Shown: positions 39,382 through 44,715 of the stretch, piece after piece
How the letters are laid out: every line of letters starts with the position of its first letter
How positions within the stretch are numbered: the stretch's first letter is position 1
Virus record (IMG/VR): IMGVR_UViG_3300045988_039553
Coordinates: 1-44,715 of that record
Direction: 5' to 3' (one strand)
DNA from: a virus
Length of the DNA stretch: 44,715 nt
Made by a program: the position numbers and the translations under genes
Notes under the pieces: model-generated
Databases searched by the model: none
What the model was told of the DNA's origin: nothing
Seen by the model: the letters and a program-made list of their open reading frames with translations, nothing else

Positions 39382-41376
39382 TTACACCCCCGGCATTGCC
39401 GCGCTGCTTCCCGTGTCCATGTTCGGCTTAGACTGTTCGGCAAGCTTCTGCATGTACGGCGTCTGTGCGCTCTGTGCGTCAGCGTTCTTGCTCTCAATTC
39501 CACCGCTGCCGCTCTTACGTGTCGAGCCGCCACTCTGCGTGCCGCCCGCCGTTCCGATGCCCATGTCCTGTCCCGTAAGCTGCTGGATAACCGCGAGCGC
39601 CTTTTGCAGCTGATCGCTCTGCTGCTGCACGACGTTGTAGAGCGTCGCGCCCTCGTTGACCTGGCTCTTGATCTTGTCGATTCCTTCGAAGTCCATCATG
39701 TCGAGCGCAATCATGCTTTCCTGTGCCCTGTCTGGGGAGAAGAATCCCAGCGAATACAGCTCTTTTGCCCGCTCGTTCTGTTCCGCACGGGAGAAGGGAT
39801 TCTTCTTCTGCGCCTTGATCTTGATGTCAAAGACCGGCCTGCGGAACAGGTCATTGCCGAGGCTATCCACACCAGTCACCTGATCGCCGAGCTCGTTCAC
39901 GCCGATCTGCGCATACTCGTAGGGCATTTCATTCGTGATGCGGAAAGTACGCGCTGCGTCGTAGAACTGCCGCATGCGCTCAATGCACAGCTTCACGATC
40001 TTCGCCTGCGCGCGGTAGCACGCCGAAATCATATCGCGGCTCGCCTTGTTGCCCGCTTCCTGCAATGCGCTGATCGCCGCAGCAGCTGTCGCGCCGGAGG
40101 ACGTGCCGCCGTTGGAAACGTCGCGGTTTGCGCTCGTTTCCTTCATCTCGTCGATCTTCATCTGCACGATATTCGCGTAGATGGAATCGAGCGGGCGCGT
40201 CGTTACTTCGCGGAGCCTGCTCTCGTCGATCTGGCCGGACACGTGGATGATCGGCTTGCGCCAGTCAAGGAACTCTTCTTCGTTGATGTTCAGGCTTTCA
40301 CTCGCAAAGTACCGGCGCTTGCTGCCCATCATTGAAGTTTCGAGGATGTTGCCCCACAGCTTGTCGATGTAGAGCTGCGGGTCCTTTGCAATGGCCGTAT
40401 ATCCGAATCCCGCAGGTGTGCCCTTTTCTGGGAACAGCACGTCAAACACGAACGGATATTCGCCGTCTTCGTAGAAGCCGCCCTCCGCATATTCTGGGTC
40501 ATTTTCGCTGGCGTAGATGATATGCTCCTCGTCGATAAACTTCGCGTAGTGCAGTACCGTCCTCCCGTCTGTGGCCTTCTTGCGGTAATACCAGTCGATC
40601 ACGGCGACCTTGTTGCTCGTGTCCACTGTGTCGTCGTACTCGTATTTTGCCGTTTCAATGCTGCTGCCGCTGAGCTTATCCGCAAACTGCGGGTATTCGT
40701 CCTCGATGATGTCGCGGTCGACGAGCGCCACCGTAAACACGTTGCGGCTCTTCTGGATGTCCTCAATACCCGGCTCCCAGAAGATATTCAGCGGGTCAAT
40801 GCCCTCGATAGCGATGTCGCCGAGCCCGTTGTCTTTCTCCTTGTCCCAAAACACCCCATAGAGCGCCACACCGTGTTTGAGCTTTTCCCACCACTCGAAG
40901 CTGTATGTGCTGTCAAATTCGTTGTATTCCATGATGACCGGCAGCACAGACGAGAGCGTCTGCGCGCTTTCCTCGTCGCTCTGCTCGCGAGGCAGGCATA
41001 CGGGCTCGGGGTAGTTGTCCATCGCGTCGGCGTGCTTATTCATGATCGAATTGAACAGCCATGCACTCGCAGGCTCGGGCGATTCCCCCGCGTCTTTCGC
41101 CCCGCGTCGGATATCCTCCCAATGCCGCAGCTTCCACCAGCGCTCCTCGCTGATGATGCGATTCTCGAAGTTGCTCTTGCCCTGCTTGTACTTTTGCAGC
41201 GTTTCTACGGCGTCACCGATTTCCTTGCTGCCGATGGCTGCGCCGCTGCTCATCGCCGCGTCGCTGTCGCGGAATGCGCCTACAAGCGGCGCTTCTGCCT
41301 TTGCATCCAACATCGCAGCAGCGCCAGCCGCGTCGGCCTGCTGCTGCGTCTGCGGGAATTTTCTTGTCCCTGCCAT
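39382..41376 (-). CDS. Portal protein
   Basis: AGGAGGGG SD before the ATG at 41376. ISEERWWKLRHWEDI and overall size match. Position directly after TerL. Confidence 0.8.
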   Translation of the reverse strand: MAGTRKFPQTQQQADAAGAAAMLDAKAEAPLVGAFRDSDAAMSSGAAIGSKEIGDAVETLQKYKQGKSNFENRIISEERWWKLRHWEDIRRGAKDAGESPEPASAWLFNSIMNKHADAMDNYPEPVCLPREQSDEESAQTLSSVLPVIMEYNEFDSTYSFEWWEKLKHGVALYGVFWDKEKDNGLGDIAIEGIDPLNIFWEPGIEDIQKSRNVFTVALVDRDIIEDEYPQFADKLSGSSIETAKYEYDDTVDTSNKVAVIDWYYRKKATDGRTVLHYAKFIDEEHIIYASENDPEYAEGGFYEDGEYPFVFDVLFPEKGTPAGFGYTAIAKDPQLYIDKLWGNILETSMMGSKRRYFASESLNINEEEFLDWRKPIIHVSGQIDESRLREVTTRPLDSIYANIVQMKIDEMKETSANRDVSNGGTSSGATAAAAISALQEAGNKASRDMISACYRAQAKIVKLCIERMRQFYDAARTFRITNEMPYEYAQIGVNELGDQVTGVDSLGNDLFRRPVFDIKIKAQKKNPFSRAEQNERAKELYSLGFFSPDRAQESMIALDMMDFEGIDKIKSQVNEGATLYNVVQQQSDQLQKALAVIQQLTGQDMGIGTAGGTQSGGSTRKSGSGGIESKNADAQSAQTPYMQKLAEQSKPNMDTGSSAAMPGV

Positions 41377-41390
41377 GTCTTCCCCTCCTG

Positions 41391-42722
41391 TCAGTTGTGT
41401 TGGAACCACGCATATCTGTCGTAGCTCGGCGTGTTGATGTCCAGCGGGTCGTACAAGACCGGCTTCGGCGGCTTATTTACCCGCGCCGCAATGGGATTCT
41501 CCATGCACACATAGCGTGTCATGTCGTAGATATGATCCTCCTGCTCGGTGTTCACGTCCTCAACGTCCTTTTCGTCGTAAACGAGGTTTGGCACCGTGCG
41601 GATGAAATTCTTGCACGTATCGAAGATATACAGCATCGGCACGCCGTTCTCATCAAACGCGAATCGGTTGTGCAGCTGCATCTTGCCGTCGATGCGGGCG
41701 TTATCCCCCTTCTCGAAGTAGACGCGCTCGCGCTCAAAGAGCGAGCCGATGCTCTCCGTGCCCTGTGTGCCCCAAATGGCGGGGTCGCCCACGCGGAAGA
41801 TGTGCCTCCCCTTGAGGTTCGGGTCTTCTGCCTCAATGCGCTTCATCTCGCGGGCCACCGCCGTCGGTTCCATCTTCACGCCCTCGTTCGGTGTGCCCGT
41901 GCAGCCGTAATATTCCCGGATGTGGTAGAGACGCCTGTCATGGTCGACCGCGAACCAGCCGATGGCGAACGGCCTTGAATAGCCCCAGTCCATTGCGCAC
42001 CAGATTGGCCACTCCTTCGGCACCTGAAACGGCGCGATGACGTGCGTATGGATGCGGTCGCGGTAGTGTTCGCTGTCATTGCGCCACTCGGTAAACACCT
42101 GCCCGGAGAACGTGTCCCAGTCGCCGTAGAGCAGTGCGTTCTTCTCCGCCTCCGGCATCGACGCAAGGCGCGTCAAATAGCTGTCGTCGTTCTTGAGCAG
42201 TATCTTATTGTCGAATACCGTGCTCGGCACAAAGATGCGGCTCTTCTGCCGATGCTCTTCGTGCCCATCCGGAAAGCGCACGACTGCATCCTCGCGGATG
42301 GTCCTCATCGGCGGTGCTGCCGTGATGAAACGCTCCTTGACCCATCCGTGTCCCACCCCGCCGGGGTTCGCCGTGCTTCGGATGTATACCCGCGTCCCCG
42401 GCCCGTTCGGTCGGTTGCGGGAAAAGAGGTAGCTGTATTCTTCCCATGTAAAGTGGGTCAGCTCGTCGAATGCGATAAAGTCATACGCCTGACCCTGATA
42501 CTTGATCTTGTCCTTTGCGTACTGCATCGAACCGAAGATGATTTTCGCCCCGCTTTGGAATGTCCACGTGTGGCTGCTGCCGTTGTAGCGCGCGCCCGGA
42601 TAGATACGCGGGTAGTAGTTCAGCGTCTTGTCAATGAGCTCGGCAAGCTGCGGGAAGGTCTTTCGCAGGATAATCGCCTTGTAATACGGGATATCCACCT
42701 GCCGCAATGCCTCGATGACCAA
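41391..42722 (-). CDS. terL: Terminase large subunit, main body (Walker A lysine onward is in this frame, but no start codon precedes it)
   Basis: (L)GGGKSDALVIEALRQVDIPYYKAIILRKTFPQL...FDELTHF (Walker B-like). C-terminal nuclease region with DHIYDMTRY. Confidence 0.85.
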   Translation of the reverse strand: MVIEALRQVDIPYYKAIILRKTFPQLAELIDKTLNYYPRIYPGARYNGSSHTWTFQSGAKIIFGSMQYAKDKIKYQGQAYDFIAFDELTHFTWEEYSYLFSRNRPNGPGTRVYIRSTANPGGVGHGWVKERFITAAPPMRTIREDAVVRFPDGHEEHRQKSRIFVPSTVFDNKILLKNDDSYLTRLASMPEAEKNALLYGDWDTFSGQVFTEWRNDSEHYRDRIHTHVIAPFQVPKEWPIWCAMDWGYSRPFAIGWFAVDHDRRLYHIREYYGCTGTPNEGVKMEPTAVAREMKRIEAEDPNLKGRHIFRVGDPAIWGTQGTESIGSLFERERVYFEKGDNARIDGKMQLHNRFAFDENGVPMLYIFDTCKNFIRTVPNLVYDEKDVEDVNTEQEDHIYDMTRYVCMENPIAARVNKPPKPVLYDPLDINTPSYDRYAWFQHN

Positions 42723-42742
42723 CGCGTCGGATTTTCCCCCGC

Positions 42743-42826
42743 CTAACCGGCCGCGCCGCCGTATAGAGCCTCATCCTCCCAGCGGCTCATAAAGAGCGCT
42801 TGCTTGGGCTGCGGCTTCCATACCAC
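42743..42826 (-). pseudogene. terL: TerL N-terminal segment in a different frame (VVWKPQPKQALFMSRWEDEALYGGAAG-stop). A -1 shift is needed to join the main body.
   Basis: Manual translation. YGGAAG (this frame) plus (L)GGGKSD (the 41391-42722 frame) together form the P-loop. A TAG stop at 42743-42745 separates them. Confidence 0.6.
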
Positions 42827-42827
42827 G

Positions 42828-43298
42828 CTACGCTTCGCCATTCGCATCACCTCCCGCGTCCTGCGGAACAGGCATCACCGCGGGAAGCTCTGCCACACCG
42901 CACACGCTCTCTCCGCTGTCGTCCTTCTTCTCGTCATTTACCCAGCGGAAATTGTATCTCAGGCTGAATTCAGCGCCACGCTGGCCGTTTCGGTCGAAGA
43001 GCCGTTCCTCTGCGTAAGCCTCGATGCGAGACTTCGCGCGCGTAACCGTGTCAACGAATCCTTTCTTTGCCTGATAGTTCAGCAGCGCCTGCCTGCTCGT
43101 AAATCCCAGCGCAAGCGCGAGCCCCGTCACCGTCGGTGGGCGCTGATGAATGATAAACGGCTGCCCGAATTTGTCGAGGATTGGCATACCATCGTCCCCT
43201 ATGATCGGCTCGCCCTTGCAATCCTCGAAGTATTGGTCAATGACGGCCTGCATTTCTTCGACCGTCGCATATTTGGGATGACACCCTGCTTTTGCCAT
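42828..43298 (-). CDS. terS: Terminase small subunit
   Basis: PPTVTGLALALGFTSRQALLNYQ...AKSRIEAYAEERL is a typical TerS HTH region. Located upstream of terL. Confidence 0.75.
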   Translation of the reverse strand: MAKAGCHPKYATVEEMQAVIDQYFEDCKGEPIIGDDGMPILDKFGQPFIIHQRPPTVTGLALALGFTSRQALLNYQAKKGFVDTVTRAKSRIEAYAEERLFDRNGQRGAEFSLRYNFRWVNDEKKDDSGESVCGVAELPAVMPVPQDAGGDANGEA

Positions 43299-43399
43299 GC
43301 CGCCACCGCCTTTCTTTTTTATGCTGCAAGCCCCCCGTCCTCGGCCTTATCGCACAGCATTCTTATCCCCCGCTCGGGGAACCGAGCTTCCTATTTCCG

Positions 43400-43436
43400 A
43401 CGGTAACACGCCATCTTTTATTTCTCACCACGGGCG
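43400..43436 (-). promoter_or_regulatory. CCGTGGTGA-N19-TACCGT promoter-like box (copy ii) upstream of terS
   Basis: Minus strand reads cgcCCGTGGTGAgaaataaaagatggcgtgtTACCGT. Confidence 0.5.
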
Positions 43437-43525
43437 TGGAAACTTTCTCTCCCTCTTCCTGTGCTCTCCCTTGTATAGTTACATACACACAACATAGATA
43501 CATCCTGCATATAGCACCCTCTCCC

Positions 43526-43558
43526 GAAAGAAAAGAAATATAAAAGAAAAGAAAGGGG
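43526..43558. repeat. Polypurine/polypyrimidine near-mirror repeat (gaaagaaaagaaatataaaagaaaagaaagggg)
   Basis: Read directly, in the AT-rich non-coding region upstream of terS. Confidence 0.85.
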
Positions 43559-43821
43559 TTCTCCCTCACGGCAAAAAGAGAAGCACGGCCTGTCAGGCGT
43601 CCCTGAAACAAAAATTTTTGCAAAGCTGGTCTTTATTTTGTTCTTGTGGGTGCAAACATCTGCACTCTGCATTTCTTTTTCAGCCATTGTCAGCCCTCCT
43701 GTTCGGCGAACACCCGCTAACCCACCTTGCACGGCAGCACCACCACGCGTCCATCCTTGTCGGCCTCGTCCAGCTCACGCAGACGGTCATCCAGCAGCCA
43801 GTTTTTCACATACTCCCAACT

Positions 43822-44040
43822 TCAATTATAATCAATTCCAACATCCATCAGGATATTAGACATTCGTTTAACCTCTTCCGGCGTCAGCCCCGTGTCCTCG
43901 TAGGCTGCAAGACGCTCCACACACGTCTGTCTGTATGCGCTTTTGGTCACACGGTCATTGCAATCATTGCCACCGTAACAATCTGCCGGATAATTGTAAT
44001 CCGCTGCGCCGCTTGCGAGATATTTTGTCAGTCTCTCCAT
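43822..44040 (-). CDS. Conserved small phage protein (MERLT...RLAAYEDTGLTPEEV family). It ends at an in-frame TGA followed by 34 more sense codons.
   Basis: AAGGTGGAG SD. The ATG at 44040 overlaps the upstream TGA. The frame continues after the TGA at 43822-43824 to a TAG at 43717. Confidence 0.7.
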   Translation of the reverse strand: MERLTKYLASGAADYNYPADCYGGNDCNDRVTKSAYRQTCVERLAAYEDTGLTPEEVKRMSNILMDVGIDYN

Positions 44041-44715
44041 CACTCCACCTTCTGCATCTTACTAATCACTTTTCGAATCACATCGCCGCCGTAAGCGTCT
44101 TTCGTCAGCTCCAAAAACTCCATAAGCGTCATCATGCCGTGCTCGAGATCTACACCGTGGTCATGGGCAAACTGCTTTCGCCCCATGTCGCACGAGCCGG
44201 TCAAGCGATGATGCCAGTCGTAAAAATACTGCGTCGGATACGTTTTTTCGCGGTCTGTCTCGCGCAGGAACGCATCAATGCGCTCATCTTCCGGCATATC
44301 CTCTTCCGGCATATCCTCGAAAAGCTTTTCTCGCAACGCCTCCATTGCTTCGCGCAGCGTTTCACCATGCGCAAAAACCCCGTCCTGCTTGACGATGTAG
44401 CACGGCGTGAGCGTCAAATTGCCGTTCAAGATTGCCCCGTGCGCAGTGTTGCCGCGCACGGAACGAATCAGCGTATTTACGCCGTCAATTTGATAGACCG
44501 TTTCCCTGTTGAAGCTCTTAACTCCGGAGCCGTCGCCGGAGCCGTCGCCGGAGCCGTAGCCGTAGCCGGAGCCGTCGCCGGAGCCGTCGCCGGAGCCGTC
44601 GCCGTAGCCGTAGCCGGAGCCGGAGCCGGAGCCGTCGCCGGAGCCGTCGCCGGAGCCGTAGCCGTAGCCGTAGCCGGAGCCGGAGCCGGAGCCGTCGCCG
44701 GAGCCGTCGCCGGAG
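44040..44715 (-). CDS. C-terminal part of the (Gly-Ser/Asp/Tyr)n repeat protein begun at 194-1, including a conserved globular C-terminal domain
   Basis: The frame is open from the right edge: ...GSGDGSGVKSFNRETVYQIDGVNTLIRSVRGNTAHGAILNGNLTLTPCYIVKQDGVFAHGETLREAMEAL...SCDMGRKQF... The two parts give 194 + 676 nt = 870 nt, which is in frame across the junction. Confidence 0.75.
   Translation of the reverse strand, partial: SGDGSGDGSGSGSGYGYGYGSGDGSGDGSGSGSGYGYGDGSGDGSGDGSGYGYGSGDGSGDGSGVKSFNRETVYQIDGVNTLIRSVRGNTAHGAILNGNLTLTPCYIVKQDGVFAHGETLREAMEALREKLFEDMPEEDMPEDERIDAFLRETDREKTYPTQYFYDWHHRLTGSCDMGRKQFAHDHGVDLEHGMMTLMEFLELTKDAYGGDVIRKVISKMQKVE
44523..44715. repeat. Hexanucleotide tandem repeat, right-edge part (same units as 1-154)
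   Basis: Read directly. Positions 44665-44715 are identical to 1-51. Confidence 0.95.

Larger units (their letters stand above)
1..44715. mobile_element. Complete temperate phage genome in circularly permuted representation (early, lysogeny/integration, cargo, lysis and virion/packaging modules)
   Basis: All standard phage modules are present in syntenic order. The integrase sits next to an attP-like site. The first 51 nt equal the last 51 nt, and a single ORF is split across the window edges. Confidence 0.85.

Noticed and set aside
17563-41424. Other long plus-strand ORFs inside the minus-strand modules: 17563-18435, 22426-23400, 26620-27477, 27553-28698, 31790-33124, 36445-37809, 38033-38902, 39376-40335 and 40522-41424
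   Set aside because: All are antisense to genes with clear family signatures. They are Arg/Leu/Ala-rich with no recognisable motifs or ribosome-binding sites. This is typical of spurious ORFs in roughly 60 percent GC DNA.
43418-43687. ORF MAEKEMQSADVCTHKNKIKTSF... with a strong AGGAGGG SD
   Set aside because: The translation is low complexity (FLLYFFSFGRG, CVCNY). It runs through the polypurine repeat and the putative terS promoter, and nothing protein-like is recognisable. At most a short leader peptide may be translated.
42743-43824. Stop-codon reassignment (TAG or TGA recoding), as in some gut phages
   Set aside because: The TAG in terL still requires a frame change to reach the P-loop. 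TGA is used as a genuine stop in many ATGA-coupled genes. The 2,787-aa ORF and all other late ORFs are uninterrupted under the standard code.
1-44715. Known defence, counter-defence or mobile systems: CRISPR-Cas, R-M endonuclease, toxin-antitoxin pairs, retron or DGR reverse transcriptase, CBASS/Thoeris-type genes, transposases
   Set aside because: I recognised no reverse transcriptase, Cas, nuclease-methylase pair, cyclase, TIR/SIR2 or transposase signature in any frame. Only profile searches could exclude divergent members among the hypothetical proteins.

Overview
The window reads as one complete, circularly permuted genome of a temperate phage from a GC-rich Firmicutes or Clostridia-type host, about 44.7 kb long. 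Nearly all genes are on the minus strand. Both window ends lie inside the same hexanucleotide coding repeat. The first and last 51 nt are identical, so one gene wraps across the window edge.

Modules, by increasing coordinate (minus-strand transcription runs right to left):
- 191-11022 (-): early, replication and recombination genes. These include a C5 DNA methyltransferase, XRE-type HTH proteins, DUF1064, a beta-clamp-like protein, a DnaC-like loader, a replication initiator with internal iterons, SSB, an MBL hydrolase, RecT, DUF1351, an antirepressor and Cro.
- 11038-11234: divergent genetic switch with a perfect consensus promoter.
- 11235-14740 (+): repressor, accessory membrane genes and a tyrosine integrase.
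- 14748-14964: attP-like region with a tRNA 3-prime-end mimic flanked by four GTTACCC(C/T)C repeats.
- 15034-17549 (-): cargo (moron) cluster.
- 17635-18909 (-): XhlA, holin and CHAP endolysin cassette.
- 19021-43298 (-): virion and packaging module. It holds a 2,787-aa multi-domain protein, fibre and receptor-binding genes including a collagen-like fibre, an N4-gp56-type major capsid protein, scaffold, a Prp-like protease, portal, TerL and TerS.

Most notable observations:
1. The C5-methyltransferase has its AdoMet motifs I-II at the C-terminus (circular permutation) and an oversized, apparently multi-TRD variable region.
2. The giant ORF looks like a polyvalent protein, with an HEXXH zincin and a nuclease-like module. 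No tail tube, sheath or tape-measure gene is recognisable.
3. A phage-encoded Prp-like cysteine protease is paired with an identical ILSLF(D/E)G N-terminal motif on the scaffold and capsid proteins.
4. A conserved bipartite promoter-like box (CCGTGGTGA-N19-TAnnnT) precedes the packaging, capsid and lysis operons and one lysogeny-region gene.
5. The TerL Walker A segment is in a different frame from the rest of the gene.
6. The cargo cluster encodes a sigma region-4-like protein and spore-surface-like proteins.

All functional calls come from reading the translations and recalling family motifs. No database search was run.
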